Part shown: positions 9,256 through 17,707 of the stretch, piece by piece | Numbering within the stretch: the first letter of the stretch is position 1 | How the letters are laid out: each line of letters begins with the position of its first letter | From: a virus | Taxonomy: Duplodnaviria; Caudoviricetes | Reading direction: 5' to 3' (one strand) | IMG/VR virus record: IMGVR_UViG_3300028048_000039 | Coordinates: 256,001 to 320,000 of that record | DNA: 64,000 nt | Made by a program: the position numbers and the translations under genes | The notes under the pieces: generated by a model | Told to the model about the DNA's origin: nothing | What the model saw: only the letters and a program-made list of their open reading frames with translations | Databases searched by the model: none

Positions 9256-11373
9256 ATGGCTGAAAGAAATCAAACTATATTTCAAAGACTGAATAACATA
9301 TTCAGGTCATCTGGGAGAAGCGGTTCAATTGCAGATAATATGATTACCACACCAGCAAGTGATGTGGCTGAAAGAAATCGTGTCTTGTATACTACAAATG
9401 ACAAGGCGGATTATGAGAAAAAACTTAAGTCACTCCAGCAGCAGAAGTACCTCGCTTATCAATGGAAGAAGGCTGGTGCTGAAAATGCAATGGAGAGTCT
9501 TGCTGGCTATAACGCAGTTAAACTGATGTATAGGGATGTTGACCTTATGGATGGTTGCCCTGAAATTGGTACAGCACTTGACATTATTTCAGAAGAATGT
9601 TGTCCATTGACCAGCGATGGAAATATGCTAACAGTATCATCTCGTTCTCAGAGAGTTAAATCAATTCTCGAAGACTTGTTTGTTAATAGGCTTCATGTAT
9701 ATACAGAATTACCAATGATTGCAAGACATGTGACAAAGTATGGAAATACATTCATGCTTCTTAATCTTGACAAGGACAATGGTGTAATGGGTTGGATGAT
9801 GATGCCAGTTTATGAAGTTGATAGAGAAGAAAATGGTTATAGTGCATCTTACACAACAACAATGACGACAGGAAATGACCTTAAACCAGATGAAACAAGG
9901 TTTATTTGGAGAGGTCACAACGGTGATAACCCATACATGAATTGGCAAGTAGCACACTTCAGATTGTTAGAAGACTCATTCTTCCTTCCTTATGGTGTGT
10001 CAATGCTTCACAAGGCTAGACGTGCTTGGAGAATGTGGTCAATGATGGAAGACGCAATGCTCATTTGGAGACTTGATAAGGCTATCGAGCGTAGGGTGTT
10101 CAAGATATTTGTCGGTGGAATTGATGACGCTGACGTTCCTGCATATGTAAATCAGATTGCAGATAACTTTAAAAGAACACCAATTGTCGACCCAGGAACA
10201 GGCCAGATTGACCTTAGAAAGAACTTCATAGATGTTACTGGTGACTTCTTTATCCCTGTTAGAAGGGAAGACGCACCAACCCCAATTGAGAACCTTGCTT
10301 CACCTAATAGCCAGGTACAGATGGAAGATATTGAGTATATGCAGAATAAGATGCTTACCGCAATGAGAGTTCCAAAGACCTTCCTTAACTTCCAAGAAGC
10401 ACAGGGAAAGGGCCAGAACTTATCATTTATGGATGTTAGGTTCTCAAGAATGATAAATCGTATTCAGCAGTTCCTCCTTATGGAACTTAATAAGATTGCG
10501 ATGATACACTTGTTCCTCCTTGGTCTTAGAGATGAAATTGGAAACTTTACTCTTTCACTTAATAATCCTTCTTCTAACATTAAATCACAGGAACTTGACG
10601 ACCTTTCAAAGAAGCTTCAGGCATTACAGACTGCAGTTACCGACCCAGGTATTGGTATGCCGGTAATGTCACTTCATAAGGCATTGAAAGACATTATGGG
10701 TTATAGCGACTCAGAAATCAAGGATATGCTTAATGAAATTCGTCTTGAAAAGGCAATGGCAGCAGAACTTCAACAAACTGCGGCAATTATTAAAAAGACG
10801 GGAATATTTGATACCGTTGATAGAATATATGGTGATGTAGATGCACTTAATGCACCGCAGCAAGGACAACAGCAAGGACAAGGTGAAGAAGGTTTAGGTG
10901 GTGGAGGCAGCCTTGGTGGAGGCGGTGGCCTTGGAGGTGGCTTAGGTGGCGACCTTGGCGGAGAAGACCTCGGTGGTGAGGGTGACCTTGGTGGTGAGGG
11001 TGACCTTGGTGGTCTTGGTGAACCTGGTGGAGAAACAGGGCCAGATATTGGTGGAGCACCCGGCGAAACTGATATGGGTGGAGCACCAGCGGCAGATATG
11101 GGTGCGCCGTTAAGTGAAGCAAGAAAGAGAGCTAAGTCTTTTACCCAGCAATATCTTGAAATGCTTGCAGAGAATGAGATTAAGAGAGGCGAAGCACCAG
11201 AGAAGATTGAGGAGCCATTTGACTTCGACGAAAAGAACTCTCTCATGGAACATAGCATAAACAAGTTGTTTGACAAGATAGACACTCTTGTTGATGAAGA
11301 CGAAATGGAAAGAGAGAGAATATTAAACGAAGCAAAAGAGATTGAAAAAGTAGGTAAAAAAAGGAAAAAATAA
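9256..11373 (+). CDS. portal protein (gp20-like) with Gly/acidic C-terminal extension
   Basis: PEIGTALDII.EE, PYGVSMLHKARR, MMEDAMLIWR..AIERRVFKI and DFFIPVR are gp20 motifs. Confidence 0.93.
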   Translation: MAERNQTIFQRLNNIFRSSGRSGSIADNMITTPASDVAERNRVLYTTNDKADYEKKLKSLQQQKYLAYQWKKAGAENAMESLAGYNAVKLMYRDVDLMDGCPEIGTALDIISEECCPLTSDGNMLTVSSRSQRVKSILEDLFVNRLHVYTELPMIARHVTKYGNTFMLLNLDKDNGVMGWMMMPVYEVDREENGYSASYTTTMTTGNDLKPDETRFIWRGHNGDNPYMNWQVAHFRLLEDSFFLPYGVSMLHKARRAWRMWSMMEDAMLIWRLDKAIERRVFKIFVGGIDDADVPAYVNQIADNFKRTPIVDPGTGQIDLRKNFIDVTGDFFIPVRREDAPTPIENLASPNSQVQMEDIEYMQNKMLTAMRVPKTFLNFQEAQGKGQNLSFMDVRFSRMINRIQQFLLMELNKIAMIHLFLLGLRDEIGNFTLSLNNPSSNIKSQELDDLSKKLQALQTAVTDPGIGMPVMSLHKALKDIMGYSDSEIKDMLNEIRLEKAMAAELQQTAAIIKKTGIFDTVDRIYGDVDALNAPQQGQQQGQGEEGLGGGGSLGGGGGLGGGLGGDLGGEDLGGEGDLGGEGDLGGLGEPGGETGPDIGGAPGETDMGGAPAADMGAPLSEARKRAKSFTQQYLEMLAENEIKRGEAPEKIEEPFDFDEKNSLMEHSINKLFDKIDTLVDEDEMERERILNEAKEIEKVGKKRKK
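10860..11105 (+). repeat. Gly-rich low-complexity coding repeats (GGEGDL, GGGL, DMGGAP)
   Basis: Tandem ggtggtgagggtgacctt units inside the portal tail. Confidence 0.8.
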
Positions 11374-11375
11374 CA

Positions 11376-11383
11376 CTATTTAT
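11376..11383 (+). promoter_or_regulatory. late promoter motif CTATTTAT
   Basis: Recurrent intergenic motif. Confidence 0.7.
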
Positions 11384-11397
11384 TAGAAAAAAATGTT

Positions 11398-12303
11398 ATG
11401 GCTATAAACGAGATAAATAAATTGAAGACCATTAAGGAAGTAGAAGAGTACAAGAAGTCTATGAACGAGGCTTGTGATAAGAGAATGGAGTTCATTAACG
11501 CATGTGTAAAAGCTGATGAACTTTCAAAGAAATCCTTCGGTTATATCAAGGAAGCCTTTGAGTCAATTTCTCCAATGCTCTTTGAAACAGCACAGGGAAA
11601 GAAAATAATCAACAAGTACACTAAGGCAATACGTGAAAATAAAAATCTTTCCTCTCTTCAAACAATATACGAGAACATTAGAAAATCTAATAAGAATACT
11701 GACATTGATTTCTTTGTAAATTCAATTGCAAATGAGAACTGGGAAGTAAATAAGAAGGACATTGACAAGGATACTTATTCAGTTGGTAGAATTCTTGCTG
11801 AGGCTTACCTTTATCTTGGCAAAGACGCTGACGAGATATTACCTGAGGAAAATCAGGAACTTTACACCGCAGTTAAGTATATTACAGAGAATAAGAAGGG
11901 GAGGAAGAACCTTTCAGAGTATGGAAATGCAGTTAAGGTTATTAGAGAAAACGTTGAGAAAAACGAAGGAACTGCTTCAATGGTAAGTGAGAGCCTTGAT
12001 AAGCTTGCTGAGCGCTTGCTTAGAGAATTTAATGAGAAGTATTCTGGCGAACTTACTGAGGAAGAAGTAAATCTCTTAAAGGAGGTTTCAAAGTCAAATG
12101 ACAAAGAGAAGCTGTTTAATGAATATAAGGAACAGTGCAAGGCAAAGATTTCTGAAGCCAGGGCAAACTTTGAAAAGAGTGGTGATAGTAAATCTTCAGA
12201 GAGGCTTGCTGTTGTATTAGAACAAGTTTCAAATAAGCAATATTCTTCTGATACAATCAGTAATGATATCTGTGCATTGTTAGAAATTAGCAACATATTT
12301 TAG
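11398..12303 (+). CDS. helical prohead-core-like hypothetical protein
   Basis: Follows the portal, carries the late motif, and is helical Glu/Lys-rich with several I/L-x-E sites. Confidence 0.55.
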   Translation: MAINEINKLKTIKEVEEYKKSMNEACDKRMEFINACVKADELSKKSFGYIKEAFESISPMLFETAQGKKIINKYTKAIRENKNLSSLQTIYENIRKSNKNTDIDFFVNSIANENWEVNKKDIDKDTYSVGRILAEAYLYLGKDADEILPEENQELYTAVKYITENKKGRKNLSEYGNAVKVIRENVEKNEGTASMVSESLDKLAERLLREFNEKYSGELTEEEVNLLKEVSKSNDKEKLFNEYKEQCKAKISEARANFEKSGDSKSSERLAVVLEQVSNKQYSSDTISNDICALLEISNIF

Positions 12304-12305
12304 CC

Positions 12306-13037
12306 ATGAAAATTATATTGAACGAACAACAGTTTAATAGATTAGTTACTGAGGAGGTAATGATAAGCGTCCTTAATGAGTCTATTTTTGAAAAGGGCGA
12401 CCTTAAGCTTGCATTAAAGAGTATTAGAAATGCAATCATTGGTGGTGTTGCTGCTGCTACAATCATAGCTGCCATTGGACGTGCGAACATGCCAAGCGAA
12501 CAAAAGGATAGGCTTGTTGATGAAGTTAATAAAATTGAAATGGCAATTAACGGAGAAAAACAAGAGAATACAGCAAACTTAGAAGAAAAGATTAGGGCTT
12601 GTGAGGAATATATGGCTTACGCACTTAAGAACCAGGGCTATACCCTTAAATCCACCAAGTTAAAACCAGAAACACTTGTTAAGGTTGCAACAGAAAATAA
12701 TTTTGACCTCCCGTTCTTGATGGCTGCTGCTCATGATGAAAGCTGCTTTGGTGCTAACAAGAGGGCACAGAGAACAAATAGTGTGTTCTCAGTCGGTTCC
12801 TATGATGATGGAAGAAATGTTGTGACATATTCCGACCCTAATGATAGTGTTGCTGATTATATTAGTCTTCTTGAAAGACGTTATTTACGTAACGGCAAAA
12901 CTATCTTTGACCTTCTGGTTCCTGGTCAATTCGTTGACGTTGATGGCCATCGTTATGCAGGCAACAAAAATTATGAAAACGAATTAAAGAGCATAAGAAA
13001 TAGAATTTTAAAGATGTTCCCGGTGCTGGGTTCTTAA
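12306..13037 (+). CDS. lysozyme-fold (GH73/glucosaminidase-like) peptidoglycan hydrolase with N-terminal cargo-like leader
   Basis: FLMAAAHDESCFG...NSVFSVG...RYAG..YE motifs; hydrophobic segment near residues 44-57. Confidence 0.7.
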   Translation: MKIILNEQQFNRLVTEEVMISVLNESIFEKGDLKLALKSIRNAIIGGVAAATIIAAIGRANMPSEQKDRLVDEVNKIEMAINGEKQENTANLEEKIRACEEYMAYALKNQGYTLKSTKLKPETLVKVATENNFDLPFLMAAAHDESCFGANKRAQRTNSVFSVGSYDDGRNVVTYSDPNDSVADYISLLERRYLRNGKTIFDLLVPGQFVDVDGHRYAGNKNYENELKSIRNRILKMFPVLGS

Positions 13038-13052
13038 AAAAATGTTAATATT

Positions 13053-14132
13053 ATGAAGAAGAAACGTATTATAAAAGAAAGTCATATCAGAAAGATGGTT
13101 AAGGAGTGTGTTCAGCTTCTTACTGAGGAAAGGTATGATAAAATTAAACCAAGAGTGTTCCAAGTGTTTAAGGATTACTTTACTGGAGAAAAATTTGCAA
13201 GAAAGAATAGAGGTTATGCGTTCCAAGAAAATACACTTTTACACAGGGAATTTGAACACGTAGATAATCCACAGCACTTTACATATATCGAATACATGAT
13301 ACATCAATTCGAGGAAACATTCTTCCATGATGAAAAGTTTAGAGATTGTGCAGTTGCTAGATTAGCCCCTATGATTGCAAGGATGGCTCTAGAAGATGGT
13401 AATTTTCAACAATTGGGATATAACTGTTGGGTAACTGCTAGGTTGAGTAAGATACTTGGTCTTCTCTACCTCATGCAGAAAAATGGTCAAATAAAACTTG
13501 AAAAGGCTTTTCCTGATAACGTTATTGATACAATGACATTTGAAGAACTCAATGCAAAATATGGTCCAGTACTTGATGAACAATTAAGAAAGATGCGTGA
13601 GCAAATTAGGGAGAAGGCAGCTTCTTATACAGGTCAAAGCGACTATGAATTAATTGAAGATGTTGACTTTAATACTGCAAGGGAAATTGGTCAACATTCC
13701 GGTATTAATGGTAATGGTGCCATCTGTTACGCCACCCAGCCAATTACTTGGAGTAATTATACTGCTGATGGAAAATATAAGGTTTACGTCCTTCTTAAGA
13801 AAGGATGGAGGGATATTCCGGCAGAACATGATGATGAAACTAAGTCGCCTTATGATACTTATGGTATGAGTATGATTTTTGTTGGTGTTGCACCAGATAA
13901 AGAATACACTGGTGATGGAGAAATCGCTTTCTGTAATACAAGATGGAATCACGCCGCAAAGTACACACCTGAGAAACCAATGGATTACGCATTAGATGAA
14001 TTAGACCTTAGTAATTTAGTACAGAAACCATTTAATGATGTATTTACACCTTATACAAAGGAAGAACTTCGTGCAAAGGGGCTTCTTGATGATGAAAATG
14101 AGGAGGATGACAAATATGAAGATTTCGATTAA
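13053..14132 (+). CDS. hypothetical protein, Cys/RWNH-domain family paralog 1
   Basis: Leader IIKESHIRKMVKECVQLLTEE; ICY...YDTYGMSMIFV...NTRWNH. Confidence 0.8.
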   Translation: MKKKRIIKESHIRKMVKECVQLLTEERYDKIKPRVFQVFKDYFTGEKFARKNRGYAFQENTLLHREFEHVDNPQHFTYIEYMIHQFEETFFHDEKFRDCAVARLAPMIARMALEDGNFQQLGYNCWVTARLSKILGLLYLMQKNGQIKLEKAFPDNVIDTMTFEELNAKYGPVLDEQLRKMREQIREKAASYTGQSDYELIEDVDFNTAREIGQHSGINGNGAICYATQPITWSNYTADGKYKVYVLLKKGWRDIPAEHDDETKSPYDTYGMSMIFVGVAPDKEYTGDGEIAFCNTRWNHAAKYTPEKPMDYALDELDLSNLVQKPFNDVFTPYTKEELRAKGLLDDENEEDDKYEDFD

Positions 14133-15078
14133 GGAAAAGGACGTTAGAAAGATGGTTAATGAATGTCTTAATGTCATTCTTGAAAACCGTGCTCAAACTG
14201 CAAGGAAACGTGTTGAAGCTGTCATTAGGAGCCGCTTTGGTGGGTTTCCATTAGATAGAGTACACCCAAATAGAGAGGAAAACCCACACGGACTTACCTT
14301 ACTTGAACTTGTGGTTGAAACTTTCTTTGGTGAATTCTTCTCGGTAAGTGATATGGAGAATACTCCAGTTATAAGACTTGCCCCAATGATTATGAGAATA
14401 GCATTTGACCTTGGCTATCAAACGCCACAGGGAGATGCAGAGAAGTTGGAGAGACTTAGACAAATTGTGTTCTACCTCTACCTCGAATATAAATATGGTA
14501 GAATTGACCTTGCAAAGACATTCCCTGAAGGTTCATTAGAAACTGTTACATACGATGAACTGAACCGTACATTTGGAAGAAAGGTCGATGAAAAGTTTGC
14601 CGAGGAAGATGATGAGATTGAAAAGACTGATTTTAGTGGAAATAATGATTATGAAATTCTTGAAGATGTAGATTATAATACAGCACATGAGTTAGGCAGA
14701 CATTCTTGCCCAACAAGTATCATTTGCTACACTTCAAATCAATTTGTGTGGAATTATTATACAAACGGCGGAAGAAATAAGGTATATGTTCTCTTGAAAC
14801 CAGGTTGGAGGGACCTTAAGCCAGTTCATGATGACGGAAAGGAGAAGGGTAGTGCTTATGATACCTACGGACTTTCAATGATATTTGTAATCATTGCCCC
14901 ATCGGGAAAGATTGCTTGTGTAAATACTAGATGGAACCACATGGCAACATTTAAAGAAGGTTGTTGCTGTAATCAGGACCTTACGAGGTTAGACTTAAGC
15001 AAATTAGTTCATGATAAATTTAGTAACGTATTTAAACCATATACTCCAGAAGAATTAAGGAGAAAGGGTTTGAGGTAA
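14116..15078 (+). CDS. hypothetical protein, Cys/RWNH-domain family paralog 2
   Basis: Start reset to ATG 14116 (MKISIKEKDVRKMVNECLNVILE); colinear with paralog 1. Confidence 0.8.
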   Translation: MKISIKEKDVRKMVNECLNVILENRAQTARKRVEAVIRSRFGGFPLDRVHPNREENPHGLTLLELVVETFFGEFFSVSDMENTPVIRLAPMIMRIAFDLGYQTPQGDAEKLERLRQIVFYLYLEYKYGRIDLAKTFPEGSLETVTYDELNRTFGRKVDEKFAEEDDEIEKTDFSGNNDYEILEDVDYNTAHELGRHSCPTSIICYTSNQFVWNYYTNGGRNKVYVLLKPGWRDLKPVHDDGKEKGSAYDTYGLSMIFVIIAPSGKIACVNTRWNHMATFKEGCCCNQDLTRLDLSKLVHDKFSNVFKPYTPEELRRKGLR

Positions 15079-15109
15079 AAAAAGAAGCAGAGGTTTTCCT
15101 CTGCTTTTT
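15077..15109. terminator. bidirectional terminator
   Basis: aagcagagg-tttt-cctctgctt between convergent genes. Confidence 0.75.
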
Positions 15110-15494
15110 ACTTTATAATGACCCTAAGGTCTTCTTCAATCGGTACCTTTAAGTTTCCCGTAGGATATTCAACACCGTCAGATGTCAAGTCCCCATTGAA
15201 CTTAATTTCAAACCACGCTTTATAATATCCCTCCCTAGCAACATCCCTCTTGGTCCATGGATATTGGAGAATGTACTTTTCTTCGCACCCCTCACCACTG
15301 GCAAGTACGACATTTGCTGGGGCATTTGCTACCTTTAAAATCCCGGTTTCTTCATCTATCATTGAAAAGGTTACGATGCTATCTTGTAATGCATCGTTCA
15401 TAAGAGACTTCTGGAAGTCATATCTTCCATCCTTAATGAGTTCCATTTCCAAGACAGGGTTTAACGAACCTTTATTTATAAAAAATTCTTGCAT
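15108..15494 (-). CDS. BppU-like Ig-fold virion protein
   Basis: FFINKGSLNPVLE...ILQYPW...DVAREGYYKAWFEIKF pattern; late motif upstream. Confidence 0.55.
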   Translation of the reverse strand: MQEFFINKGSLNPVLEMELIKDGRYDFQKSLMNDALQDSIVTFSMIDEETGILKVANAPANVVLASGEGCEEKYILQYPWTKRDVAREGYYKAWFEIKFNGDLTSDGVEYPTGNLKVPIEEDLRVIIK

Positions 15495-15510
15495 AATCTT
15501 CTTTTTACTG

Positions 15511-15518
15511 ATAAATAG
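15511..15518 (-). promoter_or_regulatory. late promoter motif CTATTTAT
   Basis: ATAAATAG on the + strand. Confidence 0.7.
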
Positions 15519-15520
15519 TC

Positions 15521-15985
15521 CTATTTCTTTGTTTTATAGATACTGAAGCCTTGTTTATTTATCATTTCCTTAAATTTTGGAAGTAAATTAGATACTATTC
15601 GTGAAATCTCATCATAATATTCCTTAAAACCACTGATGTTCCTTCCAATGTTTAATTTTTTTGGCTGGAAAAATATCTGAAATGAGAAACAGGACCTCTT
15701 TCCTTGTGATATGTGGTCCTCAGCGATTTCAAAATTGCTTACATACTTTGCGTCGCTGGTCAATGCAACGTTCTTGAAAATACCACATATTTCCTTATTA
15801 ATTGAATTCACCAAATCCTTTACACTTGATGAATAATTTTCTCTTGAGAAATTAGGCATTAGATAACAACTGCCTTCGATGTAGACAACACCCATAATCT
15901 TCTTATCTGTTGTCCCAACTTTTAACTTAAATAAATCATCCGAAATGGCCTTTTCGCTATTAATTTTTTTCATTCTTTCATCCAT
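15521..15985 (-). CDS. hypothetical protein
   Basis: 154-aa ORF with its own promoter. Confidence 0.7.
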   Translation of the reverse strand: MDERMKKINSEKAISDDLFKLKVGTTDKKIMGVVYIEGSCYLMPNFSRENYSSSVKDLVNSINKEICGIFKNVALTSDAKYVSNFEIAEDHISQGKRSCFSFQIFFQPKKLNIGRNISGFKEYYDEISRIVSNLLPKFKEMINKQGFSIYKTKK

Positions 15986-15993
15986 TTATTAAC

Positions 15994-16021
15994 AATATAA
16001 GGATTTTTTCAAAAAAGTCAA
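15994..16021 (-). promoter_or_regulatory. early/middle-type promoter
   Basis: TTGACT-N16-TATATT. Confidence 0.6.
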
Positions 16022-16036
16022 GAGGTGGGGGTAAAT

Positions 16037-16140
16037 AAAAAAAGGGACCTTGCGCATAGGTCCCTATTGCGGCTAACCTTGTGGCCTCACAGCGAGACTT
16101 GGGCGAGTGCCGCTATCTAATGTCACAACATTTCCCAATC
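16037..16140 (-). ncRNA. candidate ~100-nt structured non-coding RNA
   Basis: GC-rich island between a minus-strand late motif (16146-16153) and an 8-bp hairpin plus U7 terminator (16037-16065). No ORF; several stems. Confidence 0.6.
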
Positions 16141-16145
16141 TATAT

Positions 16146-16153
16146 ATAAATAG
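16146..16153 (-). promoter_or_regulatory. late promoter motif CTATTTAT driving the ncRNA candidate
   Basis: AACTATTTATATATA on the minus strand with no downstream ORF before the terminator. Confidence 0.6.
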
Positions 16154-16207
16154 TTTGTTAGGCTTATTTCGCTGTAAAATAAGAAAAAAATATTTCCTTA
16201 TTCCAGA

Positions 16208-16215
16208 CTATTTAT
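16208..16215 (+). promoter_or_regulatory. late promoter motif CTATTTAT
   Basis: Recurrent intergenic motif. Confidence 0.7.
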
Positions 16216-16235
16216 AAGTAATAAAAAGATTGAAA

Positions 16236-17705
16236 ATGATTAGGCATTTTTTCCTCGATAAGACAAATAGTATTTTTGAAGGTTCCTTACAGAACGTTGG
16301 GATAAACCCTGTTTTGCACATTGGCTACGGAAAGAGTTTAATGAGGGGACTGTTACATTTCGACACTTGTCAGGTGGGAGAGCTTATTAAAGATAAAACT
16401 TTTGCTAACATTGAAAAGTTAAAGATAACCCTTAAGATGACCAACTGTTTCTCAATTGATGGACTTCCTTATGAAAAGAACTTAATAAATCCATTAACCA
16501 GGAGAGCAGCGTCATTTGACCTTATGCTAACCAAGCTGCCTTGCGACTGGGATGCCGGAAGAGGGTTTGATTTTATCAGTGATTTTTGGGTGAAAAACAA
16601 CCGTTCATACTCACAGGAAGCCTCCAACTGGTATTGTCCAAAAGACGGCCTATTATGGCCTTATGAAGCTGACTTATTAGACCTCAATAACCCCGAACTT
16701 AATTGGGCTGAATTTAAGATAAACAAATTCGGCGCAAAGGGTGGTGTATATCCAATGATTATGTTAAAGGAAGAATATGAAAAATATCTTGACGGAGAAG
16801 ACTCACTTGTAGTGGGAGTACAGCACTTTGACTTCGGTAATGAAAACCTCGAAATTGATGTTACTGATTATGTAATGGGTGCAATAAAGTCTGGCAATAA
16901 TCCAGGACTTCTCCTTTCCTTTACTCCTAGGTTTGAGAATATGAACTTGGATAACGAAGAATATGTTGGTTTCGTTACTGATAAAACTAACACTTTCTTC
17001 CATCCTTATATAGAAGTTGAATATGATGATTTTATTTCAGATGATAGGGAGTCGTTCACAATAGGAAAGAAAAATAAACTTTGCCTTTATGTTTCTGATA
17101 ACGGTGAAATGGTTAACTTAGATGAGGTTCCTACTTGTTCAGTTAATGGAACCGAGGCTGAGGTTAGGCAAATTACAAAGGGCGTTTATGAAGCTACCGT
17201 TTCTTCTGATGGAATGTCTGAGAATGCAATTTATTATGACACTTGGTCTAACATCTTACTTGATGGTGAAGAACAGGATGATATTGAGCTTGAATTTGCA
17301 ACAAATCCTAAGGAGAGGAAGATTAAGATAGGAACTAATGTTGATATTAAGAGAAACTTCGTTCCTTCAATATACGGAATTAATGACGATGAAAAACTTG
17401 GAAGGGGTGAAACGAGGGAAGTTACTGTTGACTTCAGGAAGCAATATGAAACAGAGAAGAGAGAATTAATTGACGGCGCAATGTTCCGTCTCTACGTGAA
17501 AGATGCTGATAGGGACATTGATATCATAAATTATCATCCAATTGAAAAAGGTTTCTTGTATAACTACTTCATGATACATACAGAGGACCTTATTCCAAAT
17601 GAATATTACATTGATATAAGAATAAAGACTGGTCGTGAAATAAAATACTTCAAGAGAGTATTGAAATTTACGGTTGTAAGTAATGTAACTGAGAGATATA
17701 ATTAA
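16236..17705 (+). CDS. probable virion structural protein (beta-sandwich, DNRLRE-like RGLLHFD motif)
   Basis: Late motif upstream; RGLLHFD..., EIDVTDYV...NPGLLL, HPYIEVEY. Confidence 0.55.
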   Translation: MIRHFFLDKTNSIFEGSLQNVGINPVLHIGYGKSLMRGLLHFDTCQVGELIKDKTFANIEKLKITLKMTNCFSIDGLPYEKNLINPLTRRAASFDLMLTKLPCDWDAGRGFDFISDFWVKNNRSYSQEASNWYCPKDGLLWPYEADLLDLNNPELNWAEFKINKFGAKGGVYPMIMLKEEYEKYLDGEDSLVVGVQHFDFGNENLEIDVTDYVMGAIKSGNNPGLLLSFTPRFENMNLDNEEYVGFVTDKTNTFFHPYIEVEYDDFISDDRESFTIGKKNKLCLYVSDNGEMVNLDEVPTCSVNGTEAEVRQITKGVYEATVSSDGMSENAIYYDTWSNILLDGEEQDDIELEFATNPKERKIKIGTNVDIKRNFVPSIYGINDDEKLGRGETREVTVDFRKQYETEKRELIDGAMFRLYVKDADRDIDIINYHPIEKGFLYNYFMIHTEDLIPNEYYIDIRIKTGREIKYFKRVLKFTVVSNVTERYN

Positions 17706-17707
17706 GT

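Noticed and set aside
16037-16140. tRNA or HDV-like/theta ribozyme identity for the ncRNA candidate
   Set aside because: No cloverleaf or T-loop. The stem order resembles the HDV fold, but P3/L3 and the catalytic C in J4/2 cannot be placed consistently.
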